Source: Thermomicrobiales bacterium | GTDB taxonomy: Bacteria > Chloroflexota > Chloroflexia > Thermomicrobiales > UBA6265 | NCBI GenBank assembly: GCA_045804965.1 | Contig: JBJMMD010000016.1 | Span: 206,724-270,723, forward strand | Direction: 5' to 3' | Length of the DNA: 64,000 nt | In this document: positions 11,554-21,540 of the stretch, one piece after another | How positions within the stretch are numbered: the stretch's first letter is position 1 | Layout of the letters: every line of letters begins with the position of its first letter | Translations under genes and position numbers: made by a program | Notes under the pieces: generated by a model | What the model was told of the DNA's origin: nothing | What the model saw: the letters and a program-made list of their open reading frames with translations, nothing else | The model's database searches: none

Positions 11554-12389
11554 CCGACCTGCTCCGATTCATCATCTCGCCCGGAGAAGAGGATGTCGCT
11601 GAGCTGATCGCACAGGCTGTGGAACGCCGGGCTACGCAGGATGTCGGGATGCCTGGGCCGGCCGAGATCGATCGCAACGCGCTCGACGATGCGTCCGGGC
11701 CGCGAGGACATAACGGCGACGGTGTCAGCCAGAAAGACGGCTTCCTCGATAGCGTGGGTGACCAAGATCGTTGTCGTCGGACGCTCGCTCCAAATCCGCT
11801 GCAGCTCGAGGTTCATCCGTTGCCGCGTCATCTGGTCGAGCGCACCGAACGGCTCGTCGAGCAGGAGCACTTCCGGTTCAACCACCAGCGCACGTGCAAT
11901 CGACACCCGCTGCCGCATCCCGCCCGAAAGCTGCGCGGGCCGCGCCTTCTCGAACCCGCGCAAACCGACCAAACCAATCAACTCCGCGATCGCGCTCGCG
12001 GAAATGCTCAACCCGCCGACTTCAAGCGGCAACCGAATATTCGCTTCCACGCTTCGCCAGGGCAGCAGCGCCGCGTCTTGGAACGCGACGCCGAGTCGGT
12101 GCTTCGCGCGGAGCTCACTCGGCGCTTGTCTGTGAATGTGAAGCCGGCCGCTTGTCGGCGCTTCGAGATCGGCGAGCATCCGCAGGATGGTCGACTTGCC
12201 GCAACCAGACGGACCTATGAGCGCGACGAGTTCACCGCGCCGGGTTGTGAGTTGAACGCCGGCGAGGGCATGAATCTCCTGCCGGCCCAGCCGAAACGTC
12301 TTCGTCAGGTTTTCGATCTGAATGCCATCGGCCGGCTCGGAGAACGCCCCTGCGCTCGCGTTCGGCTTCGTCGTGACATCTGCGGACAC
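11550..12389 (-). CDS. ABC ATP-binding protein (NitT/TauT family)
   Basis: [28 protein letters not shown]. Confidence 0.95.
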   Translation of the reverse strand: MSADVTTKPNASAGAFSEPADGIQIENLTKTFRLGRQEIHALAGVQLTTRRGELVALIGPSGCGKSTILRMLADLEAPTSGRLHIHRQAPSELRAKHRLGVAFQDAALLPWRSVEANIRLPLEVGGLSISASAIAELIGLVGLRGFEKARPAQLSGGMRQRVSIARALVVEPEVLLLDEPFGALDQMTRQRMNLELQRIWSERPTTTILVTHAIEEAVFLADTVAVMSSRPGRIVERVAIDLGRPRHPDILRSPAFHSLCDQLSDILFSGRDDESEQVG

Positions 12390-12409
12390 CGCGCCGCTCC
12401 TCTGCTACC

Positions 12410-13015
12410 TTAGTCCTCCGTCGCTTCCGCCTCGCGCTGGAGCATTTCGATGAAACGTACGCGATAGGTTTGGTCGCGGCCGGGCAGCTCATTCTCGACA
12501 CGGGCGCCGTTCGTATACCAGTGCAGGAAATCGCGCCCCATTTCCTGACCCCGCTTGGTGTGCATATCGATCGCGTCGTCGAAGACTTCTGGCCGCGCCG
12601 CGCCGCTGTCCACCGCCCGGCGCAGCCAGTTTTGCATCTCGTCCGCGCCGCGGTCCTTCGGACTGAGCGCAAGCACGCGAACCGCGTGGATCAAGTAGAT
12701 CAGGCGGTCCGGACTTCCCTGCGCCGCTCGGCGACGAAAATCGTCGAGAGTATGTATCAGGATCGGCGCCTCGATCCGACCGAAACCGACATCTTCGACG
12801 GAGATGATCTCCAGCCGCCGCCACACGTAGTCCTCGAATTCGGGACCGGTGGCAAAGAACTCATAGGCGACAAGGCCGGCATTTTCCACCATCCCTCGCC
12901 GTATCGACTTTTGCAGCACCGAGATCAGTTCATCAGCGGCGAAGCCATTACTTGTCCGCGCCCGAGTCCAGGGATCGTTCTGGAGGTCCGGGAGGCCCAT
13001 AGTGGTGTACTCCAT
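12410..13015 (-). CDS. Stand-alone RarA/MgsA helical (C-terminal/collar)-like protein, no ATPase domain
   Basis: ISVLQKSIRRG and WRRLEIISVEDVG resemble RarA ISAxHKSIR and RRLxxxASEDIG; no Walker A/B. Confidence 0.7.
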   Translation of the reverse strand: MEYTTMGLPDLQNDPWTRARTSNGFAADELISVLQKSIRRGMVENAGLVAYEFFATGPEFEDYVWRRLEIISVEDVGFGRIEAPILIHTLDDFRRRAAQGSPDRLIYLIHAVRVLALSPKDRGADEMQNWLRRAVDSGAARPEVFDDAIDMHTKRGQEMGRDFLHWYTNGARVENELPGRDQTYRVRFIEMLQREAEATED

Positions 13016-13059
13016 TCCCGCCCGCCGAACGCAGTCACGGGGATCGTGATCAGGTTCGA

Positions 13060-14091
13060 TTAACCGGCGACCGGCGTGCCGCCAGGATAAATTTCGGCGA
13101 GGAGCGACGTGTCGAAGAGATCCTCAGCCGTTGCTTCGATCCCCGATTTCTTGAGCGTTTCGATGTTCGTCTGAATATCGGCTTCGCTCATCGTGCCGAT
13201 CCCATTCTTCTTGGTCTCGTCGGTTTGGATTAGCGGGATTTGCGCCTTCAAGGTCAGCGTTTGCGGCTCAATCTCGAGATTGAGCGATTTGCCGTACTTA
13301 TCGACGACGAGCTTGGCCGCGGTATCAGGATCGGCAATCGCGTCCTGCCAACCCTTAAAGGTCGCCTTCAAGATGTTGACGATCGTTTCCCGCTTCGCCT
13401 GATCGGCGAGCGAGTCTTCGGACACGATGAAGGAATCGGTAAACAGGTTGAACCCGTAATCCGCGAGGAGGAAGGTCACGGTGTCGATACCCTTAGTCTT
13501 GAGCTGAATCGGCTGGTTGGTCTGGAAGGAGACAAAGGCGTCAACCTCGCCGCTGACCAGCGGTGCGGGATCGAACTGCACCGGCACATACGTGATCGAC
13601 TTGGGATCGATCCCGATTCCGGTGAAGAAGGCGTCGTAGATCGGCACACCCGATTGTTGAATACCAAGCTTTTTGCCGACCAAATCTTGGGGTGTCGGCA
13701 CCGGAGCGCTCGCCAACGACATGATGGCGGCGGGATTGCGCTGGAATGTGGTCGCGACGACCTTCAACTTCCCGCCTTGATCCCTCGCTCGCGCCACGTT
13801 GTCGGGCTGCGAGAGCCCAACCAACGCTTTACCCGAGACGACCAACGGCTCGACCGAAATTCCGGGTCCGCCAGGCGTCAATTCGAGGTCGACGCCCTGG
13901 GCGGCGTAATAGCCGTTCTCGGCGGCGACGAATTCGCCAGCGTTCTCGACGTTCGCGATCCAGCCCATCTGCAGCGATGCCTTCGTGTTCGCGGCCAGCG
14001 CGCCGGAAGTGAATCCGGTGCGGACAACCGCGAACCCACCGACTGTGCCAAGCGCGCCCTTCACCATCACTCGTCGTGAAATCGACGTCAT
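13060..14091 (-). CDS. ABC substrate-binding protein, NMT1/THI5-like, Tat signal
   Basis: SRRVMVKG signal; LQMGWIANVENAGEFVAAENGYY; PQDLVGKKLG. Confidence 0.88.
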   Translation of the reverse strand: MTSISRRVMVKGALGTVGGFAVVRTGFTSGALAANTKASLQMGWIANVENAGEFVAAENGYYAAQGVDLELTPGGPGISVEPLVVSGKALVGLSQPDNVARARDQGGKLKVVATTFQRNPAAIMSLASAPVPTPQDLVGKKLGIQQSGVPIYDAFFTGIGIDPKSITYVPVQFDPAPLVSGEVDAFVSFQTNQPIQLKTKGIDTVTFLLADYGFNLFTDSFIVSEDSLADQAKRETIVNILKATFKGWQDAIADPDTAAKLVVDKYGKSLNLEIEPQTLTLKAQIPLIQTDETKKNGIGTMSEADIQTNIETLKKSGIEATAEDLFDTSLLAEIYPGGTPVAG

Positions 14092-14207
14092 TTCCCCCAC
14101 CTCCCGTGCGGCTCAAACTGCCTAAAGTCAAACAGACCCCTAGGCACGACAGATGCGCGGCCGTTCCGCTCGCTAGCGCTCCGAACTTTTCCTCTCGGTC
14201 ATGAGGT

Positions 14208-14236
14208 GTCTTACGCTCGCCTGCGAGCAATGTCAA
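14208..14236 (-). promoter_or_regulatory. Sigma70-type promoter for the NitT/TauT operon with a palindromic spacer
   Basis: TTGACA-17nt-TAAGAC; the spacer holds the GCTCGC-ag-GCGAGC palindrome. Confidence 0.45.
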
Positions 14237-14327
14237 GAGATTTGGTTGAGGAGTCTGCGCTCCGCCCCACTTCTCGAGGCGACTTCGAAAATCCAGCGCC
14301 GCGCAGGCGAGAAGGAGCATTTCGGCC

Positions 14328-14382
14328 GTAGGAGCGCAGGGCTTGCATCCGCTTGGTAGGGACGCTGTACCGCAGGCGCTCA
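14328..14382. repeat. Degenerate GTAG-type REP pair
   Basis: GTAGGAGCGCAGGGCTTGCATCC resembles GTAGGGGCGCAAGGCTTGCGCCC at 61848; a second GTAGGG.. at 14356. Confidence 0.5.
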
Positions 14383-14453
14383 CCGCCTATGGCATGCGAC
14401 TAGGCGCGCTCGCCATTCCTGTGCATCCGCCAACATTCATCTCCGCCGTGCAA

Positions 14454-15386
14454 TTAGGGCAAGAGGAGCAATTGTTGAAGGTGATTTCCGGCAGGAACCG
14501 GATGTGCCCGAGATGGATACCGGTCGTCTTTCTGGCGGCTCATACTGTTGCGCGCGAATCCTGTGTTGACGAGTGCCTCGTCAATCCGCTCGCTTAGTCG
14601 CTGGAGGTAGTTCGCCGGTGCATTCGCGCCAACATATGCGCGCTCGTACCTGCCCAGCAGCTCTGGCCGGGCTTCGCGAAGAAATCCGAGATAGTGGTCT
14701 TTGACCAACGGCCCGAGCCGAAGCGGCGATGCCCCGAACGAGACCGCGCCGTGCGCCTTCGCGGCTCGAGCGACCGCCTCGATCGACGCCTGGGAATCGG
14801 TGATGCCGGGCAGTACTGGGGCCATGAACACGCCGGCCGGCACGCCCGCTTCGCGCAATCGTTGCATCGCTTGCAGCCGCTTCAGAGGTGGTGGAGTGCC
14901 CGGCTCAAGCGCGCGCCAGATCTCCGGATCGATCGTCGTGACTGTGAAGAACACGATGACCTCGGTCACCCGCGCTATGGCGGCCAGGAGTTCGAGATCA
15001 CGCTCGATCAAGGTGGACTTGGTAACGACGCTGACTGGGTGGCGATAGTCGCGCATTGCTTCCAGCGCCCGGCGAGTGAGCCTGTATTAGCCTTCAATCG
15101 GTTGATAAGGATCGGTCGCGGTGCCGATTGAAATCCGCTCCCCCGCCATCGCCGGTCGGGCAAGCTCTCGCCGCAGCACCTCCGGCAGGTTTGTTTTGAC
15201 GAAGATCGTCGACTCGAAATCATCGTCGGCGTTCAGCCCAAAGTAGCTATGGGTCGCACGGGCGTAGCAATAGTGGCAGGCATGGACGCAGCCGCGATAC
15301 GGGTTGAGCGACCACTTGAAGGGCATGCCCTGAACGCGATTGATCGCGCTCTTGCAGGCAATTTCGTTGTACGTGCGCTTCGCCAT
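14454..15386 (-). pseudogene. Rv2578c/SplB-like radical SAM protein interrupted by in-frame TAA (15087-15089)
   Basis: NPYRGCVHACHYCYAR (CxxxCxxC), GTATDPYQPIEG*YRLTRRALEAMRD continues in the same frame through TKS..RDL and EPGTP. Confidence 0.85.
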
Positions 15387-15392
15387 TGGGGC

Positions 15393-15421
15393 AGAGTAGA
15401 ACTCATGTTCTTATTTGTCAA
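15393..15421 (-). promoter_or_regulatory. Sigma70 promoter with overlapping LexA (SOS) box; leaderless transcript
   Basis: TTGACA-17nt-TACTCT-6nt-ATG; AGAAC-tcat-GTTCT (GAAC-N4-GTTC) at 15398-15411 within the spacer. Confidence 0.85.
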
Positions 15422-15426
15422 CCGAG

Positions 15427-15684
15427 CGTCATTCCGAGCCCGACGCGCACCCGTCGTCCTGAGAGCAGTTCCCTTCGTCATCCCGTACTCTACCTCCATT
15501 GTTATTCTGAGCCCTTTTATCGTCATTCCGAGCTTGTCGAGGAATCTGTCCCTTCCCACGGATGTGCCTCAGACGGGCGAGATTCTTCGCGGCGCTCAGA
15601 ATGACGGGTGGAGTAAGCGCTCAGGATGACGGGCGGGGCGGGCGCGCTCAAAATGACGGTGTGGGGTAAGTGCCCGAAATGACG
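15427..15684. repeat. Concentric array of CGTC-type REP half-sites around a REP doublet
   Basis: Forward CGTCATYCYGAGC-like units at 15427, 15452, 15476, 15500, 15521; reverse GCTCRRRATGACG-like units ending at 15606, 15631, 15658, 15684. Confidence 0.8.
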
Positions 15685-15736
15685 GTGGGAAGGCGTTCGG
15701 CATGGGAATGGAGAGGATCGCGCACATCGGCTTGTC

Positions 15737-15786
15737 AGCCCTGGCAGGGCTTCGTCGGTCGTAGCCCGGGCCTTCCAGCCCCCGGC
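15737..15786. repeat. REP-like palindromes (AGCCCTGGCAGGGCT; GTAGCCCGGG...CCCCGG)
   Basis: Short perfect palindrome followed by a GTAG-tagged imperfect palindrome. Confidence 0.45.
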
Positions 15787-16026
15787 GGGCGGTCGCGCAA
15801 GGTGACGGAAGTGCCTTCGCGCAGGATGCTGGTGGCGGCCTTCGCTCCGGATGATGAAAGCGGGCGCGCAAGATGACGAGAGGTGCGACCGCAAGGTGAG
15901 CGGGGGCGGGCCGCATCGGCGGACTGCCGTCGACCAACTGCCTGTCCGGTGGTAGGGTTTTCGCATGCCTTGAGCCAGTAGGAAGAAGACCGCAAACGCG
16001 ACCTTGAAAGCGAGGAGGGGCGGAAC

Positions 16027-17202
16027 ATGAGCCGGCTCGGAGTCATTGGCTACGGCAGACGGATGCGTCACATCCTGCACACCATCGATCGCTTCCACAC
16101 CGTCGCCGAGGTCGTCGCCGTGGTCGATCCCCGCGAGGCGGAATTACGTTCCGCGTTTCCTGAGGAGCTGGCGGAAGTCACCTTCTGCGACGATGTCGAT
16201 CGTATGCTCGAGGACCACCGCCTCGACGGGGTCCTGATCGGCACTCGCTGCACCCTCCACACCCCCTACGCGGTCAAGGTGCTGGAGCGAAATCTGCCGC
16301 TTTTCCTCGAAAAGCCGGTGGCGACGGATCGGGAGCAGCTCGCGACTCTCCAAGCGGCGCTCGAGCGGACGCGGAGCCAAGTTGTTGTCTCCTTCCCGTT
16401 GCGCCTCTCGCCGCTCTGTGAGACCGCCCGAAAGATTATCGACTCAGGCGCGATCGGGACCGTCGAACACGTTCAGGCCGTCAACAATGTGCCGTTCTAC
16501 GCGGGAGGCTATTATCACGGCTGGATGCGCGACGAGGAGCAGACCGGCGGCCTCTGGCTCCAGAAAGCGACGCACGATCTCGACTACCTCAACTCGCTCA
16601 TCCGGCAGCGACCGGTCAACATTGTCGCAATGGAGTCGAAGACCGTCTTCCAAGGCGAGATGCCGGCCGGGCTCAAGTGCGTCGACTGCTGGCGCCAAGT
16701 TGAGTGCTTGGAGAGCCCATATAACCTCTTCCGGCAGGGAGTCACGCCGGAGGTCGAGCCGAACGATTGGCAATGCAGCTTTGCGGTCGATACCGGTAAC
16801 CACGACTCAGCCAGCGCAATCATCCGGTACGAATCCGGCATCCACGCTGTCTACACACAGAATTTCTATACAAGGCGCGGTGCGGCCGCCCGGGGCGCGA
16901 CGCTGGTCGGTTACCGGGGCGCCATCGCTTTCGACTGGTACCAAGGAGACTTGACAGTCCATTACCATCACACCAATCGCACCGAGCGACACCACTTCGA
17001 CTCGACTGGCGAAGGGCATCATGGCGGCGATGAGGCGTTGGTTGAGGAATTTCTCGGGGCAGTCGCCGGCAAGGAGACGACGAGGGCTCCGCTCTCCGCC
17101 GGGATCCTCAGCGCCCAGATGTGCTTATTGGCCCGCGACTCTTGCCAGACCAACACATTCCAGGAGGTCCGCCCGTTGGGCGCGCATCACGCCGTCGCCT
17201 GA
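16027..17202 (+). CDS. Gfo/Idh/MocA family oxidoreductase with Cys-rich insert
   Basis: GVIGYG, LEKP, QKATHDLD, CVDC..C..C insert, GHHGGD. Confidence 0.92.
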   Translation: MSRLGVIGYGRRMRHILHTIDRFHTVAEVVAVVDPREAELRSAFPEELAEVTFCDDVDRMLEDHRLDGVLIGTRCTLHTPYAVKVLERNLPLFLEKPVATDREQLATLQAALERTRSQVVVSFPLRLSPLCETARKIIDSGAIGTVEHVQAVNNVPFYAGGYYHGWMRDEEQTGGLWLQKATHDLDYLNSLIRQRPVNIVAMESKTVFQGEMPAGLKCVDCWRQVECLESPYNLFRQGVTPEVEPNDWQCSFAVDTGNHDSASAIIRYESGIHAVYTQNFYTRRGAAARGATLVGYRGAIAFDWYQGDLTVHYHHTNRTERHHFDSTGEGHHGGDEALVEEFLGAVAGKETTRAPLSAGILSAQMCLLARDSCQTNTFQEVRPLGAHHAVA

Positions 17203-17419
17203 GAATGGTCATGGGCGGAGCGCCCCATCATCATTGAACGCCAATCTCGTCCCCTAGACGATTTTCAGGTTTGCTACATCTATCGCGAAGCCGTTGGCAT
17301 CGAGTTCGACGTTGTGCCGCACGCCGGAGACCGGTGTTACCCCGCCCCTTCATCCTTGACTAGACCGTTCCGGTAACTGCACGATCGTCGATCCGGCGCC
17401 TCGCCTCTAGGCTGGTGTT

Positions 17420-18502
17420 ATGGCCGCGATCGCCAAGGAACGACACACGCCGAGGGGCCTCGGCCTTTGGAGCACACTCAAGTCGCTCTGGTCGCACTTC
17501 CTCGTGCGCCGCATCGCGAAAGCCATTTTCACCGTTTATCTCGTAACGACATTTATCTTCTTCCTCATCCGTCTGCTGCCGGGCAGTCCGGTCGACGTTT
17601 ATATCAATCAACTGATCAGCCAGTACGGCTATTCGTACGATGTCGCCGCGGACCAGGCCCGGTCCCTCTTCGCGGTCGATCCAAATAAGCCGCTCATTGT
17701 TCAGTATTTTGACTACCTCGGAAACCTCGCCCACGGCAATCTCGGGCAATCGATGCTCTCTCCAGGGGTGCCCGTCACCGACATTATCTTCAAATACTTA
17801 CCATGGACACTCTTCAGCGTCGGGGTTGGGTTGCTTTTCGCGTTTGCTATCGGCGCCGTCCTGGGGATGCTGATGGCCTACCACCGGAACTCCCTGATCG
17901 ACAACATTTTCTCGACTATCGCCTCGCTCTTCAGTTCCGTTCCTAGTTACCTCCTCGCCATCATGGTTATCGTCTTCTTCGGGGTTCGGCTGACCTGGTT
18001 GCCGATCGCGAACATGCGCGGCTCACTTTCCTCCGGTCAGCAGACGGAGCTGAGCGTCGCCTTCGTCAAGGACGCGTTTTATCACGCCTCGCTGCCGATT
18101 CTCATCTACGCGCTGACCGGCCTCGGCGTCTGGTCGCTCCTGATGAAGAGCAGCACAATCTCTGTGCTCGAAGAGGACTTCGTCACCGCCGCGCGCGCAC
18201 GCGGTCTCAGTGAGCGCCGGATCGCCATCCGCTACGTCGGCCGCATCGCCATCCTTCCTCTCTTCGCTCAGTTGGCGATCGCGATCGGCTTCATTGTCGG
18301 CGGATCCTTCCTGGTCGAGCCAATCTTTCAGTATCAGGGGATTGGCTACACTCTCTTCAAAGCGATTCAATCACGCGATTACCCGTTGATGCAGGGCATC
18401 TTCCTGATGATCACGATTTCAGTTGTGGCCGCGAATCTGGTCGCCGACCTGCTGTACATCCGGCTTGATCCGCGGATCCGCACCTCAGGAAGGAGCGAGT
18501 AG
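17420..18502 (+). CDS. Dpp/Opp ABC permease (DppB-like)
   Basis: RLLPGSP, EDFVTAARARGL, QSRDYPLMQG. Confidence 0.93.
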   Translation: MAAIAKERHTPRGLGLWSTLKSLWSHFLVRRIAKAIFTVYLVTTFIFFLIRLLPGSPVDVYINQLISQYGYSYDVAADQARSLFAVDPNKPLIVQYFDYLGNLAHGNLGQSMLSPGVPVTDIIFKYLPWTLFSVGVGLLFAFAIGAVLGMLMAYHRNSLIDNIFSTIASLFSSVPSYLLAIMVIVFFGVRLTWLPIANMRGSLSSGQQTELSVAFVKDAFYHASLPILIYALTGLGVWSLLMKSSTISVLEEDFVTAARARGLSERRIAIRYVGRIAILPLFAQLAIAIGFIVGGSFLVEPIFQYQGIGYTLFKAIQSRDYPLMQGIFLMITISVVAANLVADLLYIRLDPRIRTSGRSE

Positions 18503-18504
18503 CG

Positions 18505-19422
18505 ATGGTTCAGACGACGGCTGACCTTGCCGGCGTCCCCGCTGCCGAGGCGCCGGCTACAGGTCGCCGTGTCGGCTGGCGGCAGATCTTCGGCCGCTTT
18601 CTCCGCCGGGACAAGGTCGGTGCCGCCGCCTTCGTGGTCTTCGGATTCTTCCTCTTCCTCGCGATCTTCGGACCGATGCTCACGTCCTCCGCAAGAGTCA
18701 CCGATCTCACCCAGATCTACAGCCAGCCGTCCCGAAATCACATTCTCGGCACCGATTACGCCGGACACGACATTTTCACGCAAATTGTCCGCGGGGCGCG
18801 CAGCGTGATGGTCGTCGGCGCGTTGGCCGCGGCGATGTCGACGGTGATCGCGGTCACCCTCGGCGCCGTCAGCGCGCTCCTCGGGGGCCGCGTCGACTCA
18901 GGCGTGCTCTTGATCACCGATGTGGTGCTGACCATTCCCTACATCGTCTTACTCGGAGTGCTGGCGACCTTCGTCCGACTCGGCAGTCCGATCTTTCTTG
19001 CCTTCATCATCGCCGCCGTCTCCTGGCCGCCGCTTTTGCGGGCGGTGCGGGCTCAAGTCCTGTCTCTCAAGGAACGCGAGTACATCGAGGCGGCCCGCGT
19101 GCTCGATCTCGGCACCACGCACATTCTCTTCCGCGAAGTCTTGCCAAACATGACCAGTTACATCGTGATCAGCTACGTCATCGCGATGACGAATGCAATC
19201 TACGGTCAGATCATCCTCTATTTCTTCGGTCTGGTGCCGCTCTCAGGCGACAATTGGGGCTTGATGATTCAACTCGGTTATACAAAAGGAGCGCTCTTCT
19301 TCAAAGACAGTCTCTGGTACATCCTGTCGCCGATCGTCGCGATCGCGCTGCTCCAGCTCTCGCTTGTCATGATCGCCCGCTCGCTGGAGGAGATCTTCAA
19401 CCCGCGGCTGCGAGCAGGATGA
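18505..19422 (+). CDS. Dpp/Opp ABC permease (DppC-like)
   Basis: HILGTDYAGHD, REYIEAARVLDL, EEIFNPRLR. Confidence 0.93.
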   Translation: MVQTTADLAGVPAAEAPATGRRVGWRQIFGRFLRRDKVGAAAFVVFGFFLFLAIFGPMLTSSARVTDLTQIYSQPSRNHILGTDYAGHDIFTQIVRGARSVMVVGALAAAMSTVIAVTLGAVSALLGGRVDSGVLLITDVVLTIPYIVLLGVLATFVRLGSPIFLAFIIAAVSWPPLLRAVRAQVLSLKEREYIEAARVLDLGTTHILFREVLPNMTSYIVISYVIAMTNAIYGQIILYFFGLVPLSGDNWGLMIQLGYTKGALFFKDSLWYILSPIVAIALLQLSLVMIARSLEEIFNPRLRAG

Positions 19423-19447
19423 CCTGGGCGATGGTGACAGGGATGAG

Positions 19448-20539
19448 ATGAAGGCAAGCAAGGTCGGAAGAAGCGCGCCCACGTTGAGCGCCGGCGACGG
19501 CAGCAATGGCCATCTGCCCGACGATGTCGTGTTGTCGATCGAGGATCTCTGGATCGAGTACCAATCACCGGCCGGAGAGATGCAGGCCGTGCGAGGCGCC
19601 ACGCTCCAGATTCGCGCCGGCGAATCCGTTGCCCTGATCGGCGAGAGCGGTTCCGGCAAGACGACGCTCGGTCTTGCCCTGCTCAGCCTCCTCGTGCGGA
19701 CCGCGCGCGTCTCGAAAGGACGCGCGCTCTTCCGCACCAGCGACGGCGCCATTCTCGACCTCTTTTCACTGGACAAGGGCACATTGCGGGACTTTCGATG
19801 GCGGGAATGCGCCATGGTCTTTCAGGCGGCGCAGAATTCGCTCAACCCGGTCCTCAAAGTGGGGGATCATTTCGTCGAGACCGCCCGCGCCCATGGTGAA
19901 AGGAACGACCGCAAGACTCGTTTGCGCGCGCTCGAATTGCTGCGGATGGTGCAGCTCGACGGCGAGCGCGTCTATGCTTCCTTTCCGCACCAGTTGAGCG
20001 GTGGCATGCGTCAACGCGTGTCGATCGCGCTCAGCCTCCTCCTAGAACCGCAGTTGATCATCCTCGACGAGCCGACGACCGCGCTCGACATCCTCACTCA
20101 GCGCGCCATCATCGACGTCATCCGCTCGCTGCGGCAGCGGCTCAGTTTCACCATGATGTTTATCTCGCACGACCTCTCGCTCGCCGCCGAACTAGCCGAC
20201 CGCGTGGCCACGATGTACGCAGGCGAGTTGGTCGAGGTCGGCAACGTCCGCGATGTTTTCTACAACCCGAAGCACCCCTACACGGTCGGCTTGCTCAATG
20301 CGGTGCCGCCGATCGCCGGCGACGAGTTCACCCCGTTGACGGCGATTCCCGGTTCAACGCCGAATCTGCTTGCGATTCCGTCCGGTTGCCCGTTTCACCC
20401 ACGCTGTCCCTACGCAACCGACCTCTGCGCCCGCCAGGTTCCTCCACTGTTTGCGGTCGGCGACGGTCATTACTCCGCCTGTTTTCACCGCGATCGGGTG
20501 ACGCGCAGCCAGGACGTGTGGGAGGAAGCGACGACGTGA
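19448..20539 (+). CDS. Dpp/Opp ABC ATPase (DppD-like)
   Basis: [32 protein letters not shown]. Confidence 0.95.
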   Translation: MKASKVGRSAPTLSAGDGSNGHLPDDVVLSIEDLWIEYQSPAGEMQAVRGATLQIRAGESVALIGESGSGKTTLGLALLSLLVRTARVSKGRALFRTSDGAILDLFSLDKGTLRDFRWRECAMVFQAAQNSLNPVLKVGDHFVETARAHGERNDRKTRLRALELLRMVQLDGERVYASFPHQLSGGMRQRVSIALSLLLEPQLIILDEPTTALDILTQRAIIDVIRSLRQRLSFTMMFISHDLSLAAELADRVATMYAGELVEVGNVRDVFYNPKHPYTVGLLNAVPPIAGDEFTPLTAIPGSTPNLLAIPSGCPFHPRCPYATDLCARQVPPLFAVGDGHYSACFHRDRVTRSQDVWEEATT

Positions 20540-21540
20540 GCGAACCGCTTCTGAGCCTCGATCACGTGAGCCGCGAATTCAAAACGCGACGTGGACAAAT
20601 CACCGCGGTCGACGACGTCTCGCTGGCGATTAGTCGCGGTGACATCCTCTGCCTGGTTGGCGAGAGCGGCAGCGGCAAGACAACGGTGGCCCGGATGGCG
20701 GCGGGTCTTCTGGCTCCAACGCAAGGGGCGATCCGATTCGAAGGCAAGGATCTTCATCAGACATCGAAAGACGAGTTCAAGGCATACCGACGCGCGGTCC
20801 AGCTGGTCCACCAGGACCCCTATGCCTCGCTTAACCCGGTCCACACGATCGGCGATACCCTTCGCGCCCCCCTGCTCCATCACAAGTTCGCAAAGAACCG
20901 GCGCGACGCAACCCACCGCGCCGCCGACCTGCTGAGCCGGATCGACTTGATGCCGCCGGAGAATTTCCTCAGCAAGTACCCGCACCAGCTCAGTGGCGGC
21001 CAGCGCCAGCGGGTGGCGGTGGCGCGGGCGCTGGCCCTCAACCCGCGCATCATCATCGCCGACGAGGCGGTTTCAATGGTCGACGTCTCGATCCGGGTCA
21101 GCATTCTCAACACCATGCTCAAGCTCCGCAACGAGCTCGGGGTTGCCTTCCTTTTCATAACCCACGATCTTGCGGTCGTGAAATACTTCGGCTGGGAAGG
21201 GTATGTCGGTGTCATGTACGTCGGCAAACTGGTTGAGTTCGGCCGCACCCCACAGATCATCGGCCGGCCACTCCATCCCTATACGAAGGCGCTGGCCGCG
21301 GCGATCCCCGAAGCGGACCCGGATCTGACGCGCGCTAAACAGAAGCTGCAATTGCGCAGCCTGGACATCCCGAATTTGACGGCGCTGCCGAGCGGCTGCG
21401 TCTTCCATCCTCGCTGTCCCTATTTCGTTCCCGGTCTCTGCGACGAGGTCGTGCCGCAGCTCTTGGATGTTGGCGAAGGCCGCGAGGCCGCTTGCCATGT
21501 TGTTGCCCGGGAACGCACTGGCAGAGACGCTGCGGCGTGA
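20536..21540 (+). CDS. Dpp/Opp ABC ATPase (DppF-like)
   Basis: GESGSGKT, QDPYASLNP, YPHQLSGGQRQR; GTG start overlapping the upstream stop. Confidence 0.95.
   Translation: MSEPLLSLDHVSREFKTRRGQITAVDDVSLAISRGDILCLVGESGSGKTTVARMAAGLLAPTQGAIRFEGKDLHQTSKDEFKAYRRAVQLVHQDPYASLNPVHTIGDTLRAPLLHHKFAKNRRDATHRAADLLSRIDLMPPENFLSKYPHQLSGGQRQRVAVARALALNPRIIIADEAVSMVDVSIRVSILNTMLKLRNELGVAFLFITHDLAVVKYFGWEGYVGVMYVGKLVEFGRTPQIIGRPLHPYTKALAAAIPEADPDLTRAKQKLQLRSLDIPNLTALPSGCVFHPRCPYFVPGLCDEVVPQLLDVGEGREAACHVVARERTGRDAAA

Noticed and set aside
14100-14450. TPP riboswitch upstream of the NMT1/THI5-like SBP
   Set aside because: No CUGAGA / ACCUGA core recognised on the minus strand.
15087-15089. Selenocysteine/pyrrolysine recoding in the radical SAM gene
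   Set aside because: The stop is TAA, not TGA/TAG, and TAA terminates other genes normally in this window.
15427-15684. CRISPR array
   Set aside because: Units are only ~13 bp and degenerate, with ~10-14 nt spacers; they switch orientation at the centre and match REP doublets elsewhere. No cas genes.
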